The notes under the pieces: generated by a model
Seen by the model: the letters and a program-made list of their open reading frames with translations, nothing else
Databases searched by the model: none
What the model was told of the DNA's origin: nothing
Program-made: the position numbers and the translations under genes
Assembly (NCBI GenBank): GCA_048013815.1
Contig: CM106586.1
Span: 16,678,001-16,742,000, forward strand
Direction of reading: 5' to 3'
Origin: Setoptus koraiensis
Taxonomy: Eukaryota; Animalia; Arthropoda
DNA: 64,000 nt
Part shown: positions 1-13,000 of the stretch, piece by piece
How the letters are laid out: each line of letters begins with the position of its first letter
How positions within the stretch are numbered: position 1 is the first letter of the stretch

Positions 1-27
1 CGGGCGATTTTGCGACCAACAACTTAC

Positions 28-218
28 CGGGCGTCGAGAAACCTAGACCTGAGTATCATGACAGCTTCGCATGTGCTCTGTTTCAGCTGTACTTGTATTG
101 AATTAAATTTTTTCTGTATTATCATGACACAACGGTCTATTTCCATGCATGATATGGGCCGTATTCTACTGTGTTCCATTAGTAGATTTCTTACATGTGA
201 GGTAAATTCCTGTACAGA
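28..218 (-). CDS. exd: extradenticle/PBX internal coding exon ('exon 3', PBC-B domain up to the start of the homeodomain); gene continues left of the window
   Basis: Not in the ORF track. The reverse strand reads [64 protein letters not shown], matching PBX/Exd [58 protein letters not shown]. Acceptor is ccaacAG (220-219) and donor is CG|GTAAGT (27-22). Length is 191 nt (phase 0 to phase 2), the same as the corresponding vertebrate PBX1 exon as I recall it. Confidence 0.97.
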
Positions 219-240
219 CTGTTGGTCGTTTCGAAAGGGG

Positions 241-465
241 ATTTATGCCCATTTATCCACGGGGCCAATCGATGCCCATTTATCCATGGGGCCAATTTAT
301 CCGTGGGGCCAATTTAGCCATGGGGCCAACGGGGCAGTTTGAGCCAATTGGCGTTCGAGCAATTTGCGCAATATGCACGATTTGTGCAGTTTGATTTGTG
401 TGCGATTGTCGCCATTTTTGCCATTTTTGCGATTGTCGCCATTTTTGCGATTGTCGCCATTGTGG
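241..465. repeat. Degenerate minisatellites (ATTTATCCATGGGGCCA-like and GATTGTCGCCATTTTTGC-like units) abutting the exon 3 acceptor
   Basis: Visible tandem units of 15-27 nt and 18 nt. Confidence 0.8.
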
Positions 466-3400
466 CCGGTGACCGTGAGCACGTGGGAGAGGGTGGGAGG
501 CGGTGGGAGAGAGGAGAGTTTCGGGTTATTGTCGGTTCATTGCAATAATTGTGACGCCATTGCCGGCAGGTGGTACGGGCACGGGCACAGCGAGCGAGCG
601 GCCATTGTGACCGGATAAGGCGGCCGCGGCAACGCCAATACCCGGCTCCACCGACGACCAACACAATGGCAGATAAACAAGACTTGGCACTAATCTTAAT
701 CTGGCCGAACTGGCCGGACAAGCCGGGCCAACGAACGGCGACAAGGCGGATGAGCGCGGATGAGCGAGCGGACAAACAAGCGGATAAATAAATGGCCGCG
801 CAAACAATCGGGCCGCTATTATAGGCTGCTTGGCTCTTGCTACTTGATGCTCGCACCGGGTATCAAGTAGTCGCGACGGCCGCGGCCACTCGGGCAGATG
901 GGAGATGGCTCGCCGAGATAGTGGGCAAGAATGTTGCGAGCGTCGCAAGACGACAACAAAGCAGTCACTGGATTAGCGAGTGGCTTGTTAGCAGCGACTG
1001 GATATGTGCGGATAAGCGAGCCGCCCTTGTAATTGATGGCGGCCCCCTGGCGGCCTCGACGGACCGCCGGCCAGAGAGTGACCGCTGGCCGGAGAGCGGG
1101 CGCCGGCCAGAGTGACCGCTGGCCGGAGAGCGAGCGGACAGTGACCACCAATCAACTTTGTTTTATTTTACTCTGGTTTGTTTTAGTCTTGTATTCGGTG
1201 GGCCCGCTCGGGCCGCGCTGTCGCCGTTTGTCCGCCGCTTGTCCGACTGACTCGTTCGCTGGCTGGCCGGCCCGGCCAGCCAGCGAACAAGTTGCTGCTG
1301 GCATCGATTTGCATGCACGCTGGCCCAACTGTCAACTGGTCGCGCAAGTTGCGGCGCAAGCACGCGCAAAACACGAGCACCGCTCAAGTGCGCGATATAA
1401 ATCAAATAAATGGAATAAATCAAATAAATCAGCCGGCCCGTCCCGGCCCGGCCCGGCCGCTCGCACCGTTGTTGGGGCTGTTACAACGGTTGTTGCACAA
1501 TCGTGTCCGTTGCTGTGCGCTGAAACTAATAGCAAACGTCGGACATTGGCAACGGAAATAATGAATGGGCAGCGCCAGTGAGGGGCGCAATCAATCGTGG
1601 CAGCGCAACTTTATAAGAGGGGCCAAAGGTTCGCGGGCGCACGACAGTTGAACAGTTGCAATAACAAGACCTCGTTGCCTGCTAGCGCGCTACAAGAGGC
1701 GCGGGTTGGCGCGCGCGGGGCCCGCGCCTCTTGTAGCGCAACCCGCTGCCCATCGGCCGCCGCGATGCGAGCGCCGGTCTGGCCCGACGCTGGGCGACAC
1801 GACGCGCTGGGCGACACGACGCTGGGCGACACGACGCGCTGGCGGCCCCACCACGCAACGGCGACGCAACTACGGGCCCGCGACGCAACGGCAACAACGC
1901 GCGACACAATCCCAGAGATCAGGTGAGCCATAAACTATCTTGACATTAGCTCATCTATTAGTCGGCGGCGCTGTCAGGCGGCCGCGGCGCGCCAGCCGAG
2001 CGCCATCGATTATTTGCGATTATTATTATCTCTTGCTCATCTGGCGCTTTTTGTCTCTTCGGCGGGCTCGCTGCCCGTTCTCGGCGGCCCGTTGCTTGGC
2101 GGCCCGTTGTTTGTCGGCCGGTGCCGCTGCTCGCCGGCGCTCGGCTGGCCGGCGCGTCCGGCGGCCAACGGCGAGCATCGGGCCGACAGAACGAGGCGAC
2201 AGACAGAAGCGAAGGCGCCACAGAAAGAAGCGGAGGGCCCCAGAAAGAGGCGAGTCTAAGCCGCCTTCGCACTTGCCAATTGCGAATCGGTGGCTCGGAT
2301 CAACTGGCGCTCGGTGGGCGACTTACTGTGCCTCGGCGGCCACTTGACAAACGCGCGGCCTCGCATCCCGGCGGATATTTATGCGCCACTTATAGTCGGC
2401 CGAAGGCGGCGCTGGCAGCGCTACCCGCCAGCCGACTCGCACAATCCCGCCACCGGCTGCCAACGAGCGCGCGAGATAACGCGTCGGGGGACGCGTCGGG
2501 CAACTCGCGAGCGGGGATTAAACAACTCAACTGTTTGCCTTTGGCTGGCGCGTCTCCCAGCCGGCACTGCCAGCACAGTTGGCCCTTGTCGCCCGCTGCC
2601 GCTATCGGGCTGTCGGACTGTCGGACTGGCGGGCTGGCGGGCTGGCGGACTGGCGGGCTGGCGGGCTGGCGCGGTCGCGGGCCCGCGAAGGCGCCCCTGT
2701 CTCCAGCGGAAACTTTCCAGTGAAAGGGCCTCCTTCAGACAGCGCCAGCGCGAGCGAAAACGAGGCGACCCGCCGGTCTCAAGTAGCGACTCACCGCTGG
2801 CCGGTGCCCAGGGTAGCATGACGACGGCGACTTATCATACTATTATTTTAATAATAATAATAACAGTAATAATAGTGTCGTTGAATAGTGGGCGCCCGCC
2901 GCCGACATAAGAACATAATACGATCGGCTGGCTGGCAGCGGCGAGCGAATCACAATCAGCTCAAATCAATTTATCTCTTATCGCCGCGTTCGGCTCCATT
3001 TAGTCGGCGCTCGGTCGGCGCTCGGTCGGCTGTTGGGTGGGCCCGTTCGAGCGACGTGCCCGCTCGGTTGGCCCGCTCGGTCGGCGCGTTCGGTCGGCGA
3101 GTGGCTGAGCGGCGCGGCACAGGGCGCCACGCGACGAGCTCAAGTCACTATTGGGGCAAAAATGGCCCAAAACGAGGCGAGCCGCTTTATTTATTTCTCT
3201 CAAAAAACAAGCTTCTCGTTGTTTGGCTCGCTGTGTCGTTGCTTCTTTTCACGTTGCTAACTCGCTGCCGCTGTTAAGTGAAAAGAGCGCTGTTACGCAA
3301 CATCACTGTCGCGCTGCCAACAATGCCATTTGGCCGTATCGAGCGCTGGCTGGCTGGCTCACGACGAGCGGCCGGGTACAGCCGAGCTCGCCGAGCTAGC

Positions 3401-3952
3401 CGAGTAGCTTGCCGACAATCGAAAAGCTACTCGAGTGCGACGGCACACACACGGCAAACAAAGCGACAAGGACAACAATGACAACGACGACAGCGGCAGC
3501 AGCAACAACAGCAGCAACAACAACGACAACAACGGCAACGACAACAACAGCAGCAGCCAACGACGAGAGATTTAATCAAAACAAAGAGCATGCACTCGAG
3601 AGATTGACACTATATATTGTCAGTGCCAGTTGTTGCGTAACTGGCCTTGCCGGCACACATATAGGCGCCCCACAAGTCGGATTATGATTATTACTTATTA
3701 ATCTGTGCTGTCTCTTAGCCGCTGCCGAACGCAACCGAATAACGCAGCCAAGGCAACGCATGCCAGCCAGCGAAATGCGATGCAGCCAACGTGACGTAAT
3801 ACACAGCCACACATTTGTATATGTGTCTGCCGGATTGTCGTCAATGGCGAGCGACGACCAAAATAACGACCGAGCCGCCCGGGTGTGCGGCGCTCGGGTT
3901 ATTTTCGCGGTTATTTTCGATCCGATGCGACCCGGCGCGGCGCGCCCGACAA

Positions 3953-4058
3953 ACAGATACGCAGACGGATACGCAGACGGATACACAGACAGACACTCAA
4001 ACGGATACGCAGACGGATACACAGACAGAGATACAGACAGATATACAAACAGATATAC
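3953..4058. repeat. 12-nt minisatellite (ACAGACGGATAC-like)
   Basis: About 9 degenerate tandem copies. Confidence 0.85.
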
Positions 4059-5865
4059 ACGCACGGGGGCGCCTATAGGCAGCGCCGCGGCAAGCGCCTA
4101 TTTGACAGTTGGCCGGTCGCGACTGGGCGCCGCTCTCGCCGAGCGCCAACTGTGAGGCCCGACCAGCCAGCCAAGTGAGCTAATGATAATACAACGACGG
4201 TGTTGCATCAGCCTCAGTTGCTGTCAGAGAGAGAGAGAGAGAGGGATGCTCAGCCAAAAATAACAAGACACAAATTAGCACCCAATAGGTGGCCCGGCGC
4301 TAGTCGCGAGCTCGCCGCCGCTGCTGTTGCTGTTGCCGCTGTTGTTGGCGCTGTTGTTGGCGCTGTTGTTGGCGCTGTTGTTGCCGCTGTTGTTGCGGGC
4401 TGGCGCAACAACGACACTGCTGTCGAGACACTTGTCGTTGTTGTTGCGCCGCACGATTGATTGTTGCTGTTGTTGTTGTTGGCCGCTAATCAATCTTAAT
4501 TCGACACCGCCGCCGCCGCATATCACTGATATGATATCAGTGATATCATTGATGTCAAAACGCCGCGCCGGCGACCGTCCAGGCAAATGGTGTCGGGCAC
4601 AATAATTAATAGTCTGCCGGGTCGGCCCAAACGCTCGCTCGCATCAAGCTCGCTCGCGTCAAGCTCGCTCGCATAATCGCGCCAGCTTCACAAGCTCGCC
4701 TCAAGTCGGCCCCTAACACCGGGCAAGTCGGGCGAGCTTGACAAGTTGCGCGCCGCTAATCATGGCGACATTGTTGCAAACTGCACACAACTGCGCACCT
4801 CGGTTACTGAGGCTCGGTATGCAACTGGCAACTTGCAAACAAAGTAACGGAAACGAGCGCCAAACGCGTGAGTTATGAGATAGCGCGTCGGTGTGCGTAT
4901 TTGAGTGGCGTTTTGGTCGAGATTATTTGTCAGACATTTGTCAGATATTTGTCAAATAATCTCGAATCGCGTATCAAAGACAATTTATGAGCCAGCAGCG
5001 CACTGACAGCTCGTAGACAGCCCAGTTGACAGGGCAGCGCGCGGGACAATCCGCGGGGCGGCGGCGCACGGGACGGCGGCGCACGAAACGACTATTACAA
5101 TTGTAATGATTATAATGATGGCACACGATGCCACCGATCAATACCGATGCCACCGATGAATACCGGCGAATTTATGAATTGTCGCAACAGCGGAACAAGT
5201 GCCACAATTGGATGCGCACTGCGCACTTCCGCCTCACGACATGCACACGTTGCGCAACATACACACGTTGCGCAACATACAAACAATACAAGCGGGCGTC
5301 TCATCGATACTCGACGCTGATTGCTCAAACAGTTTTAGTCAAACTGAACCTGTGACGTAATGATTGTCCACTTGTTTGGCACACACACACACACGCAATT
5401 GCGCCAGTTGCGTAATAACAATGTGTCGTGTGTCGTCATTGTCAATGGAGCGTGCTCAATGGAGCGATATGGCGACACGGCCAATGGGGCAAACTTGACT
5501 TTTCTTTGCTTTTAACCTTGCCTTTGTGTGGCCATTTAAGTGTCTTGCAGTGACATTGTTATATAATTGGCCACTTTTAATTGCAAGTGCACGCTGGCCA
5601 GTGCAGTTTGTTTTGGCGGCCGGCGTTGCATTGAGGTGTCAATCAAAAGTGATCGGCGATTGTTTGTTGCCGGTGCCACAATTGGCGGCGACGTCGGACG
5701 AGAATTCGCGACACTGTCGAGCCGTCAGGTGAGACTGAGACTGTGACGATTCGAGCCGAGCCGAGATTTATATCGAGTGAAGATTCATATTAGATCGAGT
5801 GATGCCAAATGGAGACTCGTATCACAGGGAGATTCGCATCAAGTGAAGATGAGGAGCCAACATCA

Positions 5866-5972
5866 AAATATCGCAATATCGAAATATCGAAATATCGAAA
5901 TATCGAAATATCGAAATGTCGAAATATCGAAATATCAAAGTATCGAAATATCAAAGTATCGAAATATCAAAA
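5866..5972. repeat. 8-nt tandem repeat (AAATATCG)n
   Basis: About 13 copies with a few substitutions. Confidence 0.9.
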
Positions 5973-6036
5973 TGTCAAACCATTAAAAGATCGAAATACT
6001 GAAACAGTAAATAGTGAATAGTGAATATCAAAAAAT

Positions 6037-6042
6037 ACTTGC
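6037..6042 (-). other. Non-canonical GC 5' splice site (GC-AG intron 219-6042)
   Basis: AACCAG|GCAAGT lies at the conserved KYEQ|ACNEF PBX junction. It joins in frame to SVQEF. The nearby GT 4 nt downstream would break the frame. Confidence 0.85.
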
Positions 6043-6299
6043 CTGGTTATATTTCTCGTATTCGTTGTGATAAACGTTTCTAATTTGGGAAAGTTTGGCT
6101 TTGTAATCAGAATTCTCTATAACTCCTTCGCTGGGCGACACTTGACCGCTCACGGGCACCGCTAAGGCCACCGCGGCCGTATTGATGGGATTGCCCCTGC
6201 TGTCCAGAGTGGAAACTCCCTCGGCGGCGAGCATATTGTCTAGGCGTTGTAGTTGCATATCGGGCGGTTCCTCTTCGTGTTGGTTGCGAATACTTAGGC
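6043..6299 (-). CDS. exd: extradenticle/PBX coding exon 2 (end of PBC-A, linker, start of PBC-B)
   Basis: (G)LSIRNQHEEEPPDMQLQRLDNMLAAEGV...IENSDYKAKLSQIRNVYHNEYEKYNQ matches Exd [28 protein letters not shown]...[26 protein letters not shown]. Acceptor is aatgacAG (6301-6300), phase 1 start; donor is CAG|GCAAGT. Length is 257 nt (2 + 85 codons). Confidence 0.96.
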
Positions 6300-6961
6300 C
6301 TGTCATTACATCATCATTACGTCCAATTCGTTCAATTATCCATTATTCCATATTGCGCACGATAAATAACGACGATAATATACGATGATAATATACGATG
6401 ATAATATAAAAGATATAAACGCATGATTAGAGATACATACAGCACAGACAGGTGATTAGTGTTATTAGTTGATGTTATTAGTTTGTGGTGGTGGACACTT
6501 GTTTATAATTATCAATTGGTTGTTATTATCAGTATTATCGCTTGGCTAATCGGCCCGTTATCAGTTGTGCGCCATGTTGCCACTGGCAACACGTTATTAC
6601 GCATTATTACGCATTAATGTGTGTGTGTCGTATAATACAAATACTATTATGTAATTATTATAGGCGCCCTCGTTACGGTGTGTACCTGGCCTGCATTCAA
6701 TTCACATTGGCCGCTGTTGGCCGCTGTTGGCCGCCGTGAATTGTTGTCAATGTTGTTGTTGTGAATTGTGTAATTGTGTCAAAGACGCAATTAATGGGCC
6801 TCGTGTCAATCAATGTCACACAGTGACAACGCGCGCGCTGTATTCTACTTTGCGTTGCCCAGCAACCGCACCGGCCCGACCGGTCGGCCCGGCCCGGCCA
6901 GCTCAACCGGCCCGACCAGCGGTCCTGTCGGCCATTGATTGGCCCGCAGTCCGCGGCGTGC

Positions 6962-7040
6962 AGTCCCTAGCCCGTAGTTCGTAGCCCGTAGTTCGTAGCC
7001 CGTAGCCCGCAGTCCGCGGCCAGTAGTTCGTAGCCCGCAG
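6962..7040. repeat. 14-nt minisatellite (GCCCGTAGTTCGTA-like)
   Basis: Degenerate tandem copies. Confidence 0.75.
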
Positions 7041-7959
7041 TGCGCGCGGTTTGCAGCGCGCAGCGAGCAGCTCACAACTGGCAGAAACGGTTACACAAAC
7101 AACAACAGTTACGTAACACATCACGAGGACGATCATTAGGTAACAACATTATTGTGTCTGGCAATTGGTCGCTTGCGTCGCCAGCGCCACCTCATTGAAA
7201 TGCCGCTCGTGTTGCGCGTGTCGCGCGTGTTGCAACTCGTTGCAACTTGTATGGTCACAGTGTGATGCTGGCCACCGCTGATGAGCCAACACTGAGCGCT
7301 GTGACGCAACTGATGATGCAACCGCTACTTCAAATGGCAAGCTGCCCATTTGCTGTTGTTGCTGTCGTTGTTGTTGCTGTCGTTGTTGGTGCTGTCGTTG
7401 TTGGTGCTGTTGCTGCTAGTGGCGCTGATCATCATTAGCGCCCCCTGAGGCACTGGCCGGCCGGTGGGTCACTTAGTCACTTGTCGGAACTGCTAAACTG
7501 AAGCGAGCTCAACTCAACTGCACCAACCGCATCCGACTGGCGCCCGACTGGCCCCCCAAACGGAGATAATTCGCGATAACGGTAACGCACACACACACAC
7601 GCAGCTACTCACTTAGTGCGCACCGAAACAATGCTCTCTATACTTGATGGATTGTGCACGTTGCTGCAATTATTATCAGATAATCAGACAAACACACACA
7701 CACACACACGGAATAACTTATTACGCAATAGGACGCTATTAGGCCAAGCGATTTAACCAGCAGCGGCAGCCATTAGCAGGCCAAATAAGCATGCTAAAAA
7801 GATGCGTCTGGCTCAAGTCGCGATGCCGGCTAACGCGCGAGCTTACATAATATGTTATACATAACATATAGGCAAATCAGTCACTGAATATACCTGCACG
7901 AGTCGTTGTCGTTGCATGAACTGTCGCTGTTTCGCAACTGTCCCTGTTACGCAACTGTC

Positions 7960-7960
7960 G

Positions 7961-8004
<44 letters not shown>
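7960..8004. repeat. (GTT)15 microsatellite
   Basis: Pure run. Confidence 0.95.
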
Positions 8005-8006
<2 letters not shown>

Positions 8007-9939
8007 CGTTGTTGGGCAACTGGCGCAGTTGCTGCAATGCGTCCGAATGTGTCCACCAAACTTGAGCTAATTGAGACGTTGTGTGCCCAGCTCAGTGTGT
8101 GTGTGTGTGTGTGCTTCGGCCAGGTGAACAGTTGACCAGGTGAATTTGCACAGTGAATGGGCAGCAATTTCGGCAGCCACTGCGCACAGTGACGCAACAA
8201 CGGAGGCCAATTAGTTCGAGTTGGACGCAACAACAACAACAACAACAACAGTTGCGTAACAACAGCAACAACGACATTTAAGTAACAGCGACAGTTACGT
8301 AACAACAGCGACAGGCAACGTTGACAAACAAACGCATGTTCCGATGATGCTCATCGTGGTCGCAGCATGACGAGCGCTGTTGCGAGCCATGATTATGAAC
8401 ATACGAGCATCACATCGGAGCGCTTATATCGGAGCATTTATATCAGAGAGCAACTCACACAAAGCTCGTATGAAACTCGCACAAAACTCGCACAAAACTC
8501 GCATAAAACCCGTGTAAAACCTGTACAACTCGCACGACGTGTAAGACTCACTCGAAAGTGACCAAATGCCAAAATGCGTGTGTGTGCCAGTGGACACATC
8601 CATCAATTGATTCGCATGGCCAGCGGGCAACTGTCAAACTGCAAATTGTTGTTGTTGTTGTTGTTGTTCATTTTTTAAACAACGCCAAGCACTATTATTC
8701 ATGCAATCGACACACACACACAACGAAATAACGGCCACAATGAGCGCCATTATATGACGCAATGACCCGTGCACTTGTTTTGTCGGTGTGTGTGTGTGTG
8801 TGTGTTGCAACTGCCACAATTCTGAATGCGCCAGACATGAATGCGACAGCTACACTGATACCAATGGACGCGGGCCCCTCATCTGTTGCCTGGCAACCGA
8901 ATAGTTATTCACGTGTGAATAACTGGCAAGAGGCGCTCGCAGCAAATTTGCGCTTGCGACAGCAACCGCAGACAAAATTCACGACGAAATGTCAAGCTGG
9001 TTTGCGGGCTTGCCATCGGGCAACATGTTGCGCAATCATGGGTGCCTGCGTTGAAAGACGACTCTCGCGACGAGACTCTGGCGACGAGACTCTCGCTACA
9101 AGAGAGAGATGAGATAAGATAGACAGAGTGACGAGAACAAGTTGCGCAACTCGCCGGCGCCTGCCGAAATAAATCTGCATGTTGGCGCATCAAATCTCAG
9201 GTCTTGATCAATAAATCACACACGCCGCTCTGTGACAGCTCGCTGATGCGCCGTCTCGTCGCCAAGGTTACCTATATGCTGTCAACTGCAACTCGAAAAG
9301 TATAGCCAGTTGCTTGGCTTGTGTAAATAGCTGCTAGTGGTTGCGTAAGATTGATCGCGGCCAGACTCGTTTGTCGGGCCACTCAATTGGCTCGCTTGGC
9401 GCGGCCGATTGGCGCCGATTGTGCCATTGGCGTGTCAACTTTAACTTGTGTCAACTTTAACGCAAATACAAATAAAAATACAAACACAAATATTTAAAAA
9501 AACTTGTGTGACTTGTGGCAACTCTTACAAGTTGCGACACTTGCCACTCACAAGCAGTGCTGTGTTGCAGTGCCAAAACTGGAGCGACAGTTAATTAGCT
9601 GACAGTCAGCTGATGAGCTTTGAGTGACTGACACAAGTGACAAGTGGTTACATACGCATACATTAACGCTGTCACAACGATGACGCCTCGCTTGTCGTCT
9701 TGGCGAGCGCTCACTTGTCACTCAATTGGCATCTTTTTTCTCCATTTCGTATCGTCGTTTCTCTTGTGCCGTAGCCACCAGCAATAAACAACAAACTTTG
9801 GGCTCACCTGTGTCACCTGTGTTCGCCAAGCCATCATCTGTTGTGCGTCATAACACATAGTTGTCACTGTCGGCTCGACAGCGACAAGTGGCCACCCGTA
9901 TCCATACATTTCATTAGGGATTTCACCGGGCACATATCC

Positions 9940-10006
9940 CCGGACATATCCCCAAATATTATCTGCGCTGGGGATATGAGCAGATAATATTCGGGGATAT
10001 TTCCGG
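9940..10006 (-). other. 67-nt stem-loop (27-bp stem, 13-nt loop) in exd intron 1
   Basis: CCGGACATATCCCCAAATATTATCTGC pairs with GCAGATAATATTCGGGGATATTTCCGG with 2 mismatches on the plus strand. On the minus strand one mismatch becomes a G-U pair. Confidence 0.75.
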
Positions 10007-13000
10007 CGATCGGGCGCAACTGTCAGCGCAACAATCTTGCCACAACGTGTTGCTGTTTGCTTTGGCTGGTTAGCTAGCTGGCAGCTGATGCAGTCGGCGA
10101 GCGAGTGCCAAGGCTCGTCTGACAAGGCATGCGAACGTGACAAACGCACCAGCAAGTGGCGCCGCAGCTTCATGGGGCCGGCCGAGAGGGGGCCAGCTCG
10201 CACAGTGCGCCACTTATCGTGTACTATGTATTATGTGTGCGTACGCTGCCTATGCTGGCTGGCTACGTGACAAAACACAAATAGGAAACAGTCATTAAGA
10301 TGATGGCCAGCGTGTGTGTGTGTGTTTGCGTGGGAGTTTGTGTGTGTGCGTGTGTGTGTGTCGCTTGGCAAGAGTGACACAAACGCGCGCGCCACAAGGT
10401 TGCGTAACTGGCTCGCGTAACGTGTCAAGTGAACATGGCATTTATAAACAATTTGCAACAGCAACAACCTTGCGTGCGTGTGTTTGTGCACGTAGTACGC
10501 GCAACTTTGTAGCTTTCGTTTCACTTTGTTGTTGTTGCTCGGCGGCGGCGGCCGCTCGCTGGCTGCACGAGCTCGCACAAGCGCCACGAGCGAGCGACCA
10601 GAAAAGGTAAAAGTAAAAAAGTCGACACAAACAAAACTAATTTCTCTTGTTTGCTCTTGCCGTGGCGCTTTCCACTCACCGTAAACGGGCCGGCCGGACG
10701 GCCGGCCCGAGCGCCGACGCAACCCGCGACACAAATGACACGCTGCGGCGTGTCACTCACAGTTATTTATTCGCGCTGGCGGCCCGCGCAACGCTCACGA
10801 GCTCACGAGCGCCCGCGCTCCCATGCTCTTATGCTCCTATGCGCCTATTACGTAACTTTGTACAAGTTGTGTAAAGTTTGCAATTGGTTCAATTGCGCTC
10901 TCACAGAAACGACACACTCGCGGAAACGACACACTCGCACAAGTGACACACAGGTTAATGGTGGCGGCATTTGTAAATTATAAATTCAACCATTACGTAA
11001 TACGTGCCGTGCCATATGTGTGTGTGTTGTTTTTCGCCGGGCGGCCCCAAACAACAAACAAACGCCAGAGGGCCCCAGAGAGTCGCTCGCAGTCGATTGT
11101 TTAAAGCGGATTATTATTATTATTAAATTTAATTTGCACATTCTCTCTATTGATTCTGCCCGCTGGCCCGGGCGGCATCATTAACGTCGAGCGGCGCGCC
11201 GAGCGACGGGCCTCGGCGGGCCGCTCACTGTCACTGTTGTCGGTGTTACGTGGCGCGACCCGCGTCGCGTAATGCCGGTGCCGCGTGTAATGTCGGTGCC
11301 GCGTGCGGATATCACTCATGAGCGATGCGTGTGCGATATGAGCACATATCGCCAGCAATATGCCCGAGCAAGTGAAATGCTGGCCGGCGGTGGCGGGTTG
11401 CACGCGCCCGAGCGCGACCTCTGGCCGCTCCACTCTGGCCGGTCAGCGTTGGCTGGCGAGGGGGCCGCCGCTAGTGCGGTCAAGCCGGGCCGGCGCTGGT
11501 CAGCGTTCGCACGCTTGCACACACCCGGCCGCTATGCAAATATTTGCACTTTGCGCCCCCGACAACAGCAACAACCGACAACAACCGGCAACAGCAACAA
11601 CCGACAACAAACAACCGACAACCAACAGCAGACAAACGACAGACAAACAACGGCCAAGGGGCGCTATTTGTTTTGTGTTCGGGCTGTCGGGTGTCCGTTG
11701 CGCGATACCAGCAATGGGCACCAAACCCGCGCTGGCCGACCGAATACCTTGCGCTGAACGCAACGCAACAACAAACGAAATTAGCAAAGTCTGAAAAGCT
11801 AGCGCCTATCGGCTTATCGCAATGATTGATAGAATTGCCCATTGGTAATTGATTGCGCAATGGTAAATAGAGGCCGATATTTCATAAATATCCCACATAT
11901 TGCAACAGCGAGCAACGTTACGTTGCTACGGCCGGTAGCTGGCGCTCGCAAGTTTAACTTTGTCTGGAACTTTTTAATTTTATTAAAACTCGCCACGCTC
12001 CAACGGGCCGCAAGTGTCGCTTTCGATTGGGGCCCACCATCAATCGTGGGGGCCCGTTTCTGGCTCTGTCGGGCCAGTCTTACTCCACCGACCTACTTCA
12101 GGTGGACTGGGCCGACTCGGGCCGACCTAGGCCGACCTAGGCCGACTTTGGGCCGACTTTGGGCCGAACTTGCAGGGCCGACCGCGCGACTCGCCGGGCC
12201 GGACAAACGCGTTCGGCCCGAGTCCGAACCCGGGCACGGCAAACGGCGAGACAGCGCCTATAGAGTCGGTATAGACGGCACAGACGCTCGCATTGAGACG
12301 CTCTCAACGGGCGATTTGTCGGCGCGAGCGTCTTGTCGGGCAACCGCGTCTCGGCTCGCTCACAATCTCACAATTGCCAGCGGGCCGGCGCTGCTAATTG
12401 GTCGCTTATTGGCAATTAATTGTTTTGAAATTAATTGCCAATTGCAGCCCAATTAAAGGAACGCAAACAGTATGCAAATGGGCCAACTTGGACGAAGCGG
12501 CCGCCGGCCGCCATGTCGAGCCGCTTGCGCCATAAATCAACTATTAATCATGCCGCGCTCGTCGGTGGCCACATGCCTCACATACGGCTCACATGGCTCG
12601 CGTGCCTCACATGCCCCGCGTGCCCCGCAAGCCCCGCATGCCTCACATGCCCCGATGACCGGTGCCCCTCATGCCTCTATGAATTTGAGTGGACACGTCG
12701 ATTTAATGGCACTTTAAGCGCCAGCTGAGAGCATGCTTGTGCTGCCATCAAGCGTCGGCCGAGATTTAGAGCATGCCCACACTGTCATTTGGGGCCGCTG
12801 TCATGGGTGTTACACAACATTAAACGAGCTGCCTAGTTATTGCATCATCACACATACGAATTGGATTATGCGATGTGTTGTGTGCTGGACTAATCACTGA
12901 TCAGATGGGCTCAATTTGGGCTCAATCGGCTCGAATAAGCGAGTAAGCGATCGGTTGGCCAGTGGCGAGCTGACGAACAACAAACTTGTGAGCACAGACA

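Noticed and set aside
5866-5972. TATCGAAA array as DREF/BEAF DRE sites
   Set aside because: The DRE consensus is TATCGATA; none of the units matches, and it is not near a start site.
6028-6042. ASIF-stop ending of the exd exon 2 ORF
   Set aside because: Intronic read-through; homology continues in exon 28-218 via the GC donor.
8762-9112. Protein-like plus-strand ORF (NSYSRVNNWQEALAANLRL)
   Set aside because: It starts in a (GT)n repeat and has no family match. Not supportable without RNA data.
9718-10203. 161-aa minus-strand ORF
   Set aside because: No recognisable homology or splice framework; its central part is explained by the inverted repeat at 9940-10006.
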